A DNA stretch of 64,000 bases from Histomonas meleagridis 2922-C6/04-290x (Eukaryota; Protista; Parabasalia), in NCBI GenBank assembly GCA_020184695.1, contig JAANOX010000253.1, positions 186,001-250,000 of the forward strand, read 5' to 3'. A program made the position numbers and the translations under genes. Below, in pieces: positions 11,025 to 23,487 of the stretch. Every line of letters starts with the position of its first letter. Position 1 is the stretch's first letter. The notes beneath the pieces are model-generated. The model worked only from the letters and a program-made list of their open reading frames with translations. It did no database searches and had not been told where the DNA came from.

Positions 11025-11289
11025 TATAATAAAATATTAGAATGCGTTAATTTAAAAATATAGATATTTTCCAAAATACAACACAATTTGGTATTTTACA
11101 ACAATATGATGAATTTTATTAAAAATTGGTCTTATTTCAAATAACTTCGTTTCCATAGATATGTCAAATATCCACTTCCATAATATATAGTTTATAATAA
11201 ATTTTAAGAAAATATCAGAAAAGTTAGATAATCTAATTAATAATATTTTCAAATACATTTTAATTAATATTTTTTTTTGTGTTATATCA

Positions 11290-11957
11290 AATAAAGATCG
11301 ATAAATTTACCTTAAACATACCGGGTATATGCACAATTTCTCCACCGTCCATTATGCAATTATTGACATTTTTTAGTAGTGAGGCATAAAATGCTGCTCC
11401 TCTCCGAAAACTGATCTGTTTTGAAAGTCTGAATGTTGAGTTTTATTGAATTATCACCTCTAATTACAATGTCGCTTTTTTTGATAATTTAGAGCTTCAC
11501 TTATTCTGAAAAATGCTGCAAGCAATAAAGATATAAAGAAAATAAACTTTAAATTATCAAAATTAATTAATGAAAATTTATTGATTATTTTTGTAAACCA
11601 TTGTGATTCAAATGGTAACTTTGCATTTGGACAGAAACCTGTTTATAATGACCTTCTTATTCCACTCTTAAATAGCTAAAATTTTATTTAATGTGTGAAT
11701 ATTTTCAAATTATTTAGTCTAAGCTAATGTATAAAACTATAAATGTAAGCTAATGACGTACAGCATTTTATTTTCTGATTCTTTTTAGATATAATAAATG
11801 CAACCATTTTGTCATGAGACATAGGAAATGGTTCTTCATATATTGAATTCATCATTACTTTGACATAAGCATGGATTAGTCTATCATATGTATTTTTTGT
11901 TCCGGCTGCAACATTTGCTGATGATATTGCATCAGCTTCAGCAAGTAATTATTCCAT
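11290..11957 (-). pseudogene. Truncated tyrosine-recombinase pseudogene (DIRS/Crypton-like)
   Basis: Manual translation across frameshifts gives an N-terminal helical region (AAGTKNTYDRLIHAY..FPMSHDKMVAFIIYLK), the box-I motif LLLAAFFRISEALN, and LNIQTFKTDQF. Confidence 0.65.
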
Positions 11958-12259
11958 CAATGACATTCAAATTCTGATGCATAAAAAAGCCAAAAAACAA
12001 TATTGAAAATCATAAGCGAAATTATTTTTCTTTTCGAATTTTTTATTATCAACACAATACAAATGGAAGGATTTGAAAGCTTAGCTAAATAATTATACAG
12101 CTGTTTGCTTATTGTTTGAATTTCATTAAAAAAGTAATTGGCAAAAAATGACGCTTGTAAAAAAAAAGTGTCTTGCTTTACAAAAGTAGATAAATATCTT
12201 ATAATTGAATTCATTTGACACAACACTTTATTTGAATTATTTGTGCCTCATTTTTTTTT

Positions 12260-13560
12260 GCCCTATAGGGAAAAGGGTACAGGTGTGATGGGCACCGAAT
12301 TAAATTTACTTTTTCTGTCCATATATATTAGCAAAAACATTTTAAACTTATAAAACATATTTATGAGGATATAGAGATTATTTTGAGTATTGATTTTTGC
12401 AAAAAATTAATAATCGAAAAATTATTATTAATTTATTTGTAAAATTTGGTTATTCTATATTTTCTGATGAACATATATTAAGAGTGAAATAATTTGAAAA
12501 CAATTTAATTTTTTTTTCTTGAGTATTTATAATGAGAATGCACTATTTGAGATCATAAGGAAAAATTAACTATTATAAAAATGCAGACTATATTATTAAG
12601 CGAGACACTTACTTTAATATAGCAAGACATTTATTTCAGGGTGGTAGACAATTTAAACGTTTCGCAAAAGATTAATTTTGTAAAGCATTTGGAAACTTCT
12701 CAATCTCATACATTTACTTTTGTAAAGCGTGCCAAACAAAAAGCAAACAGCTGTACGTTAATATTGACATTTTTATTAATAAAGATATAATTTCTAAATA
12801 TGATGAAATATATAAAATAAACATAAGAATCTTTAACCAATTTCTTTTGTACATGTGTTGCGAAATCATTTTTCATTGATAACCAATTTTTGTTACTAAA
12901 TCATGAAATCTCGAGCATAGTTCCTTATTTTAAAATTATCTTTTATAAATTTTTCGCTAAAAGTCAAGGTTTTACAGAGGTTCTGTGAGAATTTGTGTAT
13001 CAACAAACAAATGCACATTAACCTTGGACATTATTACACCTGATGAAATTGATAGGAAATAAAAAACTATGAAAATAATAATTATTTCTTTACTTTCGAA
13101 GAATTTGCTCAAATCGATATTTATCATTATGTTCTTAAAAAATTCAAAAATGTTATGGTTGAACTGAAAGATAATACGTACAATATAATTTTTACGGCCT
13201 TACATAACATTGCAACAATTTATATAAATATTTGCAACAATTTGATAAGTAATGGTTTTGATGAAGCTGCATCATGTATTATAAACGTTATTATAAGAAG
13301 ATTTGTAAGTTATAGAAATTACAATTATTTGAACATCTTAATGGTTGCATCATTATCAAATCCTTTTTTGAATTGGGAAGTTGTAGTTATTCCAGAAAAA
13401 GATTTACCTCCAGATATTCAAAATTCAAAAGAAAAAATGTTTATTTACTTAAGAGCTATTGTTCCTGATGCATTCATATCATTGCTTACATTTTTATCTA
13501 TTCAAGTTAAGAGCAATATTTATTTATTCAAAATTTGTAAAAGATGGAAAGCTTGATATT
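12260..13560 (+). mobile_element. Heavily decayed transposase-like sequence, possibly hAT
   Basis: ORF 13155-13556 contains LMVASLSNPF, which resembles the hAT A..LDPRF motif. Upstream fragments are broken and I found no TIR pair. Confidence 0.3.
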
Positions 13561-13859
13561 CCCAAAATTTCATAAAAAAAATATAAAAAATCTCTAATAA
13601 TGAGATTTAAAATTGCTTGTAGAACAATAGTTTCATGATGTTCTATTCCACATTTTTGTTGTTATGATTCTTGTCTTAAATATTACATTTAATTATGATT
13701 TCATTATAAAATATTACGAAGAAAATATGAGTTTTTAATTAGAAATCCCCAAAATTGGAATTTTATTTAGTGCATATAAACTCCTAGTAATGTTTTCATT
13801 GACTCATATTATAATGTTTTGTTATATTAAAATAGGCAAATAAATTTTTTATTTGAATC

Positions 13860-15100
13860 TAAAATTCTTAGCTATTAAATAATTATCACTTGGCCAGCCG
13901 AATAATGATTCCCTAATATTTTTTGGTTTAAGAAGAAATATTTTGTTTTTTTTGGTAACATATTCCATGATTTTTGTATTGTTTCGGGGTCAATTGCTTC
14001 CCAAATATCATTGAGAATCAGAGGGGCATCCATCATATCTACTTCACAAGATTTTTTATTGCCATCAATTCATCTAATCTGGCCTGTAGTTGTCTTTTGA
14101 TGTTCCCAAAAATTTGATTGTCCAAAGGCTGCCAATCTCCTATTTGGCCAGCCGGAACAAATCAAAGTCCTATTTTGAAATCACTTGCTTTTTGTTTTAC
14201 ATTTGGTGTTTTGTGAGCGGAAAATACGTCCCAAAATAGGCATTTCTGCCTTTAATGAAATTAGACAGCCATTTTAAGTACTTTAGCGCTACATCTTTTG
14301 TTAAACATTTACATTATGAATATTATATATAGATTTTTTTATTGCAATTAAGTGCTTTATTTGCATATCTTCAAAAAACATTTTTTTACATTTTTTAGTA
14401 GTTCCAACAGCTAAAACCCACAAAGGTAATTTTTCTCCAGTTTTGTTTATTGTGGCCAGGTCTGTGATACCTTCTTATAAATCAGTTGCAGAGTTGATCA
14501 CAACTTCATTAAAAATGAATCGGTTACTGTTGCTCTTACTATTGGTATAACTGAGAATCGAAATTTATATGAGTCCACTTATCAGGCGATAGAATAGTAT
14601 TTATCAATGGGAAATTTGAACTCATTACCAGCATTATCTGATATGGTACAAACAGGTTTGATTTCATTTCGCAAGCATCAGGGAATTCGAATCTACTAGA
14701 ACATCCGACATAAAAAAATTTCCATCATTCAAGTGCAATTGAATGAGCATCTCTCAATATACTATTTATTTCTTCTTTAATTAAAATCGATAATTTTTGG
14801 ACGTCACGGACTAAATTGATCAGATATTATTCGAATTATCATTTCCATTATTGAAAATGGATGTTCAATTAGAATTACATAGGCTTTTAAGTGATATATT
14901 ATCGTTGTCAGAATAATATCTTCATTCTTAAATTTATTATCTTCATCTTCATTTGAATCATAAATACAATGTACTATCTTACAATGTCCAGAAATATTTG
15001 AAACTGTGTTTGAAATTTTTAGCCATTTTCTACATTTTGTGCAATAGAGAATAAGAAAATATAATCATTTTTGTCGTCTATAATCTCTGGCATCTATATT
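13860..15100 (-). mobile_element. Second decayed pogo/DDE_1-like transposase
   Basis: Minus-strand fragment EGITDLATINKTGEKLPLWVLAVGTTKKC, typical of DDE_1 transposases, with many stops. Confidence 0.55.
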
Positions 15101-15119
15101 CGAGTGTCTTTAAAAATAA

Positions 15120-16165
15120 TATTATATTATAATTTTTTGGTTTTTGTCAAATGTTGGGCTGTGTGAATGAGTAAATTCATAAGGAAGAGAATGAAGATAC
15201 CCTTTTAATTGTTTTTTTTTGTTTCGAGATTTGCTCATTAATTCAAGTGAAGTCAGATAAACTTTTAACTTCCCAAATATTTTCGCATTCAAATTTCCCA
15301 CCAAATTCATACCGCTTAAAATACATTTTAGTCAAATGGAATGCAGTTACGAGCAACATCAAATCAGCAAAAACAAATAAAAAAAAATAGAAATGTTCCC
15401 AGAAGAACCTGAAATTATTCAAGAAGACCATCACAAGACAAAAATGGAAAAAAATATTATTATTTTATATTTACAGAATGTATGTTCTGATTCGACTTAT
15501 TGGAAAGAAGCACCAACAAATTCGCCTCCTTTATCAATAACCATCCTGGCAGGAACATGAGATTTTGAAGAAGCAATGACCAATTCTTGTGCAATGGTTA
15601 TGCTTTCTTTATTAGTAACAATGTTAGCATGAATAACATATCGAGATCGATCATCAAAAAATACAACTATATATTGTTTAGGATCTTTTTTTTCTTCATT
15701 TATATTATTATGTTCTTTTATTTCATGAAGATCTGTGTGCCATATCTGCCCGACCATCTTTGCTACATATCGGATTCTTTCTTCCTCTTTTTCATTATGT
15801 AAATGCTCAAATTTGAAAAGTCCTTCAATTTCATATATTTTTGAACACTGTTTTGCTGAAATTGAAATTATATTTTTTTTGTTAAGTGCGAAGGCACATC
15901 TTTGATCACCAACATCAAATTTATATTTATAATTAATTACAGCATCAATTTTATCTTGAGTTGGTATTTTTGATTTTCGTCCTTTGGGGACTTTTGGATA
16001 TTCCAAACCTGCCTCTTTAAATTATTCTTTCGAAGATTTGAAACTAATTATATCATCTTTTAGTATACTTCTTCCTATAGGAACGCCATCATTTAATTGC
16101 TGTATAATTATTTGAAGTTTCTCCTTGCTCATACGAAAAGTAATAATTGATATTCTTTTCATATT
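15120..16165 (-). mobile_element. Decayed integrase-core (rve) transposase, IS481-like
   Basis: IWHTDLHE..YIVVFFDDRSRYVI..MVIDKGGEF in ORF 15497-16006. In-frame upstream coding sequence is separated by a stop. Confidence 0.7.
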
Positions 16166-16499
16166 AAATTGATGAATTTGAGAATATTACACAAAATTGT
16201 CAAACGATAGCCTTTATACTATCATAACGGTTGACTTACATATTTTGACATTTGAAACTTTTTGACTGCTTTTCAATCACCTTCGCATCAACTTTTTCTG
16301 AGTGTAAAGTATTCAATTTGAAGACCGTTCATTTTTGGGAAACATTTCGGGTTACAACACTTAATTTTAATTAGCAACATTTGTGATTTTTTTAAAAGTT
16401 TTTGAAGAAATTGATATTTTATGAATGAGATATTTTATTACTTCTATTCAAATTAATATTGATTTAGATTGTATAAAAGTTATAATAATGAATGAAATT

Positions 16500-18105
16500 A
16501 TATATCACCCTATTATTTTTAATTTATATGAATGGAATGAAATAAGAGTCTAATTTTTACAATATAATCAACTTTCGATTAAATATATGTTAGATAGTCT
16601 CAGATATAGTATAAATGATTTGGTTCGCAAATATAACCATGATGGATATGGATATGTCTGATTATTTATAAAGTCTGCTTAATAATGTAAAATAAAATTA
16701 AAAGAAGCAATAAATCACATTAAAGAAATTGCAGACAACAATGATATTAAAACAATATTAAGACCTCCAGATAAAGACATTATATGCTATGAATATTAAT
16801 GATGATTCTGTTAAGAACTTTAATGAATTCAGTTAAAAAATTATTTCAACTTTAAATCAAGAACATAAGAAAATATTCGATGGAATCAAAGAAAGATTTA
16901 ATGGTAATCAGCAAATAAAAGGGTTTATAATGGGTAAAGCAAGTACAAAAAAAAGTTATTTAATTAATGTATTAAAAAATTACTTTATTGCGAATAAGAT
17001 ATCATTTGTTTTATGTGTTTCTACAGGAATTGCTGCAAGTTTGAAAGGAGGAAAAACAGTACATCTATCTTCTTAGATTTTTTCTGAAGATGATAATATA
17101 TTTTGTTAATTAGATGTTTCTGAACCTAATGGCTATTCAATGTCTTATGCTTCATTTTTATTATCATTAATGAAATTACTATGATTTCAGCCGAAGTTTT
17201 AAATTCAATTGATTATGGATTAAGAAAATTAATGAAACAAAGAAATGATATTAATTCATCAAAATTTTATGGAGGTAAAAGCATTTAATTGTTCGGTGAT
17301 ATTACACAAGTTTCTGCAATGACAAAGTCAAATGATGATTATTTGGAAGCTATTGCACAATTTAATCAAAGTGATGAATTTGTTGGTCATAACAATAATT
17401 ATGAAATGGTCATTGCTTTTATTAATAAAATTGCAAATTATTACAATTCATTAATATTAAAAATAAAGAAACCCAGAAAATATTCTTAATCTCAATACTG
17501 AATTTTATATTGAATCTATGAATTCTTATTTTGCCAATAATAATGAGAATTACAACATATCTATATCAAAACAGCAGAATTTATTGGAATTATATTATGC
17601 TTCTGATGAAGAAAAAATACAATTGAATGGAGCCATGAAAAAAGGTTATGTTAATTGCATTGTACCTTCTGTAATTAATATAGCCTCAGAAGTTATGCTT
17701 TCGAAAAACATTGATATTTCTATAGGACTAATAAATGGAGCTAGAGGTACTTTTATTAGGTACATTCAGAATATCGATATAATTAAAATAAAATTTGACT
17801 ATCAAAAAGAAAGTGCAAATCCCATTCTCATCCCAAGAAAAGTATGTGTAACATATGACTTGTCTGATGGGGAAGTAATAATCATGTATCAATTTCCTAT
17901 CGAGTTGTCATGGGCAATCACAGCCCACAAGGGTCAAGGACAAACTCTTGAAAAAGTTGCCATTAATATTGAAGAACATGCATTCGCAGATAAGTCATTA
18001 TATGTGGCATTATCTAGAGTAGAATCATTAGATAATGTAGTTCTATTATGTCTTGAAAAGTGGCCGGAACATAAAAATTTATATCGTATGGATTCTCATA
18101 TTTAA
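16500..18105 (+). pseudogene. Decayed PIF1-family helicase (Helitron-type)
   Basis: Degenerate Walker A GKASTKKS, VSTGIAASLKGGKTVH, FYGGKSI..FGDITQV, and QFPIELSWAITAHKGQGQTL..LYVALSRV. Multiple stops and frameshifts. Confidence 0.8.
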
Positions 18106-18357
18106 TTTGATAAAGTACAAAATGGTGAAAACGTACTTGATTCATGAAAAATCAATAAACTAACCAATTTTTGATTTTATATTGATTTTTTTCCTTTATT
18201 TAAATATTATTATCATTATATTTGATTGAATTTTTATAATTGTGTTGTGCATTATAGGATTTATAAATTTTATATTCATAATATATATTTCATAATATTT
18301 TAATTTAAAATTGGTATTGGCTCAATAATATAATAAAAATTTTGATCGTTTATTTAT

Positions 18358-18400
18358 GTTTGCCGAGCACAGCGAAGCAAACCACGCGAAGCGTTTTTTT
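18358..18400 (+). other. GC-rich double hairpin with two GCGAAGC mini-hairpins followed by T7; candidate Helitron 3' terminal structure
   Basis: Stem GTTTGC (18358-63) pairs with GCAAAC (18377-82). ACGC-GAA-GCGT at 18384-18394. About 250 nt after the helicase stop, in otherwise very AT-rich DNA. Confidence 0.45.
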
Positions 18401-18449
18401 GTTATTATGAATGAATATTTTATGCATCCCTATCGAATAATAATACTTC

Positions 18450-20630
18450 ATCATTTATGAGGTTTTTGTATTTTTGAACTCAATTTACAATTAAAAACGA
18501 TCAAATTGGAGTAACCTAATATGAAGGATTTTAGCAAGAATTTTTTTTTTGCCATATTTTTATTTATTCATTGCTCCTGAGTAGTCAAAAATGTATCTTC
18601 CCTTGTAGGACATTCTTTCTACGGAGCATGATGTGGCTCTGGGTATGAATAATTTATGCATATAACCATATAAATTAGAAAAAGTGCTTTTTTGCGATTC
18701 CCACCATAATGAAATTATTTCACTTCCTTGGAGTCTAAAATCATTTAAGAATCGTCAGAATTCATATATTTCTTCTTGAATAACTACACCTCTTCTTCTT
18801 ATTCCATTTACTGAGTTGACTGGTGTCATTATAAGAGCATTCGGGATATTAATAATCAAGAAATTGAAAAATTTATCATTAATCTATTTAAATTATCTGG
18901 AAGTTGTTTGTCTGGAATAATTAAAGCAGACCAATTAAGAAATGGATTAAAAAATGCACCAGCTAATAAAATATTCATATAATTATATATTTCATACTTA
19001 GCAAATCTTGATATAATTCCATATTTTAATTTTCTGCAGCTTTAACATAATCCCTACTTGTCATATTATTCGATATATCTAAATAAACAGTAATAATGCA
19101 TGAGAGAGCTCTGCCCAGATAATTACTTCAGGATTATCAGATTATGAATCTTTCATAATATTCATAAACTGAGAACAAATTTCCTCACAATCAGTAATTA
19201 AACAAATATCAGTAGAAGCAAAATATGGTATTTTTTCAAGATCATGTTTACCATTATTTTTTCTATAATCTTGATACATCATGAAATATGGAATAATAAT
19301 TTTTAAAGTGGCTAAGAAGTCTACTAGCGTAAACCATTCTGTTTTCGTATATTTACTTTTTGAGCTAATAGCTTCATTAATAAACATGGACATGGAAGAC
19401 CTGTGTCTTCTAATATACCACAACTGTATCTATAATTATTTAATTTATAATGATAACATGGACAATATTCATCATTTGTCCCATGTAGTATAAAACTATC
19501 AACTAATTCTTAAGGCCTTAAATCTAACGATTTGATTTGCATCATGTTTTAATGAAAGTCCTACATTGAATAATGAAGTTGAAACAGTGAATGCTTGCTG
19601 AGGCATTTACACTGCATCATTATTATTTTGTTTGAGTACCGCATTAAACATTTCGATTCTCTGTGATGAAATTACACCTCTTCTATGACATGTATGTTCT
19701 TTTAGTGGCGCTAAATGAATAGCATTCTTCATCAAATATAATAATCCTTTGCATTCACTATTAACTTCTGGTTCTTCATCAATCCAAAATATTTGAAAAT
19801 CGTCATATGGAATTTCAGATCTACAAAAATCTTCAAAAGTATGCCATAATTCGGCTGAAGGTTAAAAAAGTCATTTTCTAGATAATTTTATTTAATATAA
19901 TAAAAACGATACATTTATACATAACTATGTCCAAAAACTCTAATACATGCTTTTTTAATACATTGTATCATATCAGCTATAATAGTAATTCTTACATCAC
20001 CTATTTTTCACATATTCGAATAAAAATTTATAACCTTTAGAATCTTCCGTGGATCGAATTACAATCAACTAATTGTGTGTATTGTTCACCGACAATAATG
20101 ACACCAGGAATCATAGATAATCCTTCAGATGTAAATGTTGAATCAACAATAAGTAATAACGAATGATATAAACACATCGATGTACTTAATGGGTAAAGAA
20201 TAATTGATGCCAAAACTCTTTGGTCAAAAATTAATCACATTTTCCATTGATGAACACTGCTAAAAGATTGAGCAAGATCAACAATTTGTGTATATGAAAA
20301 TTTCCCCTTAAAATATTTTCTTTTTGCAAAAGCTCTTATGTATCTAATCTGATTTTTAGTTATATTAATTGATTGATCTATACTACTTAATAATGTTCCT
20401 ACATCTTTAATAGAATGGTTTATTGTTTAAAAAATATAAAAGATCGTATCGGAAAGTAAATTAGGGTTATATATCATTTTTCCTATCATATTTGGACAAT
20501 AATTTATGTGATATAAATGTATCGACTGTTTTACTAAATAATAGCCTCTTGTACTATTTGAACTTTGTCTGTAATTATAGATTATTTGGAAAGAACAATC
20601 TTTATAGCACCTAATTTGAAAATGCATTTT
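18450..20630 (-). mobile_element. Second decayed MULE-like transposase
   Basis: Fragments: FQIRCYKDCSFQIIY..YLVKQSIHLYHINYC (N-terminal domain), LLIVDSTFTSEGLSMIPGVIIVG (DDE region), and ICLITDCEE. Confidence 0.55.
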
Positions 20631-20922
20631 TTTTTTTTTTTGCTCTTGTACACTATCGGCAAAAGTGCAGGTACATTAAATCCCTATAGTTAAGACATTG
20701 TCGAACTTTAAAGGATAATAATTGAAGAGAATTGTTGTAATAAATTTACACGCTAAAAAAAATGTTAAGTTCAAAAACAATTTCATTTCTTATTATTTTT
20801 TTTTACTATATAATATTATATAGTATATAATATTATATAATAGTATATGATTATAATATATACTTTTTGGCGGGTTTTTTCCAATACAATCACAGACGTT
20901 TATAAATATTATTTCATATCAC

Positions 20923-21516
20923 ATGATTATTTCTTCTGGTTCCTCAACTCCAACTCCAGCGCGAACACCAACACCATTTAGAAAGAAAGTTTATAAAATA
21001 TGGGGTAATGCAAGTTTCCTTGAAAAAACATTTGTATATAGGATACTTGTAATCATCACAATTTTGTTTACAATTGTACTTATTAGCAACTTAATCCCTC
21101 ACTTTCCAGCTCAAATACAATTGATGGTGATGGGAGACGAACCAAAGAAGTGCAAAGATGCAATGTTGAATTTTGATGGAAAAGATTGTATCAGTCTTGA
21201 TATCGATCCTTTCACTGTAGGCAAAGAAGAAAGAAAAGAAATTGTAGCGCTTTACAAGAAAAATAAGGAAATTGATAACTATATCGATTTTTTAAAGATC
21301 CTTAATGAAAACCAAACTAAAATTGCAAAAGATATTCTTTTCCTTCATTGTGGTGTATATGTTGATCAAAATAATGGAAAATTTGTATCATCATACATAC
21401 CAATATCCACAAAATCTTTTTCAATTATTGTATTGATAATACTTATCATTTCAGCAAGTCTTTTAGTCTTGTCATATTTCATTCGCAAGGATGCCTGCGA
21501 AGCAAAAACAAAATAA
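20923..21516 (+). CDS. Hypothetical membrane protein with two transmembrane segments
   Basis: Intact 197-aa ORF with two hydrophobic helices flanking a Cys-containing loop. TCACA Inr-like motif directly upstream. Confidence 0.75.
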   Translation: MIISSGSSTPTPARTPTPFRKKVYKIWGNASFLEKTFVYRILVIITILFTIVLISNLIPHFPAQIQLMVMGDEPKKCKDAMLNFDGKDCISLDIDPFTVGKEERKEIVALYKKNKEIDNYIDFLKILNENQTKIAKDILFLHCGVYVDQNNGKFVSSYIPISTKSFSIIVLIILIISASLLVLSYFIRKDACEAKTK

Positions 21517-21737
21517 ACGTGGAATTTTTTGTAATTTTATAGGTCATGTGAAAGGTAAGGTCAAGTTCTAATATATCACGTTTCCTCATTTAATATTAAA
21601 TGAGTTAAAAATTAGATATTAATAGACTAACAACGAACATTTCATTGATTTTTATTTTATAACTTAAAAATTTTACTTTATATATAAAATTTTATTTCTA
21701 TTAGAATAACGTAATAATCATTTTTTTACTTACTAAA

Positions 21738-22844
21738 TTAGTAATAATTCGGGTAATATGGCATTTGCATAGGCATTGGAGGTGGTGGCGGGGGCATTTG
21801 TGGCTGATAGTACTGTGGATATCTTGGGTAATACGCGTAAACATAAGGGTTATAATATTGCATATATTGTTGCTGCGTATTTGCGATTATATTTACTGCT
21901 TCGCTTGATCCGAGTGTTCCTTCTGATGGATAAATTTGCAGCATTCTGTTTCGGTACTCTTCATATTTAGCGCGATCAGTTCCCTCAAGAAGATACTCGG
22001 GTTCTTCGAGCTTCGTTAAGATGTCGCAGAACTTTGGACGATTCTTTGGATCGCGCGCGCAACATTCTTTAATAAGGTTTCGGAATGGAAGTGGTACATA
22101 GTCATAATACTCGGGCGGAACTTCGATTGTAAGACCATCACGAACTTGCGCGGCATAGTCAATGTCATTTTGTATCTCTGGATGCGGTAATGAGCCAACG
22201 AAAAATTGATATAAGATGAGACCATATGCATATACATCAATAGCTGTGGTGTAATGAATGTCATAATGCATCATCTCTGGAGCCATAAAACGTAATGTGC
22301 CAGTAAAATTGGTTTGTGTGTCAGTAACAACAAATTTGGATAATCCAAAATCTGATATGCATGGTTCATAATTAGAATCTAGAAGAACATTTCCCGGTTT
22401 TAAATCACGATGAATTATTGGAGGTTCATGTTGATGAAGAAGATTCATGCCATATGCAATGCCATATATAATTTTGTTTTGTTTGGTTTTAAAATCAGGT
22501 GGTAATATTTCAGGGGTAGCATACTTTGAAATTAGTTGATCAAGAGATCTCATAGGTTTGTATTCAGTGATGATTTCGGGATCTTTGAATCTTGATGGAT
22601 CTGCTGGAGAATATCCTAGTATTCTATGAATTGTCGGATGACGTATAGAATCCATTGTTTCGATTTCGCGAACAATATCTTGAAATTGTCGGGGATTTCG
22701 TGGATCTATGGATATATTTTTTACAACAACATATTGATTTGTTACAGGATCTTGACACAAAAATGCAGATCCAAAACCACCCCTGCCTATCATTTCTATC
22801 TTGTTATATTTGGATGTATCAATAACACGTGATGAAAAGCTCAT
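21738..22844 (-). CDS. Protein kinase (TKL-like) with Q/Y/P-rich tail
   Basis: GRGGFG, VVVK, HRDLKPGN, DFG, GTLRFMAPE, DVYAYG. Confidence 0.92.
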   Translation of the reverse strand: MSFSSRVIDTSKYNKIEMIGRGGFGSAFLCQDPVTNQYVVVKNISIDPRNPRQFQDIVREIETMDSIRHPTIHRILGYSPADPSRFKDPEIITEYKPMRSLDQLISKYATPEILPPDFKTKQNKIIYGIAYGMNLLHQHEPPIIHRDLKPGNVLLDSNYEPCISDFGLSKFVVTDTQTNFTGTLRFMAPEMMHYDIHYTTAIDVYAYGLILYQFFVGSLPHPEIQNDIDYAAQVRDGLTIEVPPEYYDYVPLPFRNLIKECCARDPKNRPKFCDILTKLEEPEYLLEGTDRAKYEEYRNRMLQIYPSEGTLGSSEAVNIIANTQQQYMQYYNPYVYAYYPRYPQYYQPQMPPPPPPMPMQMPYYPNYY

Positions 22845-23487
22845 GAAAATTTTTTGTCGCAATCAAAATAGATTTTGAATTGTTTGCGTAAGTAAACTCA
22901 TGAAATTTAAAACTTTTTCTATACTATTTTTGAATATATAAGTGGTCAATTTTGCTTTGTCAGGTTTGAGTTCTATTTAACTTCAAATTTGAAATGTTGA
23001 TGTTAGCAAACACTAATTGAACACCCTATTAAACCATTTGTGACATGTCACTCACAAGGGCTCATTTCAATTTATGATCTGATATTTTTTTTAAATTTCA
23101 AATTTGAAATTCAACTTTATAATGAAATCAATCATCAAGAATATCGACTCTACAAAATTTGTTGTATTTTTGTAATTTGGTTGCATTGATATATTTTAAT
23201 CCTTCTTGTTTGTGCAAATATTTTGAAAATGGATTATATGTAAAACGAAAATAATTTTGTATGTGTTTTATAAATTACGAATGTAATGTTAATATACAAG
23301 GAAAAGATAGTGCTAAATCACTTTGGCGGGAACTGTAAATGTATTCGATTTAGTGCATGAAGCTTAATTTGTGAATTTATTCGTTTTACTAAGTTTATTT
23401 GATTGTGTCAACGTATTTGAAAAAGGAAAAAACATTTTAAATTCATTTTTAAACAAAAAATAATGATAGATATTATTCTAATTTTTA

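Noticed and set aside
12262-12271. Palindrome CCCTATAGGG as a hAT terminal repeat
   Set aside because: No matching inverted end or target-site duplication found.
20804-20850. 22-bp perfect palindrome TACTATATAATATTATATAGTA and adjacent TA-rich repeats
   Set aside because: Low-complexity AT sequence where such palindromes arise easily, with no supporting context.
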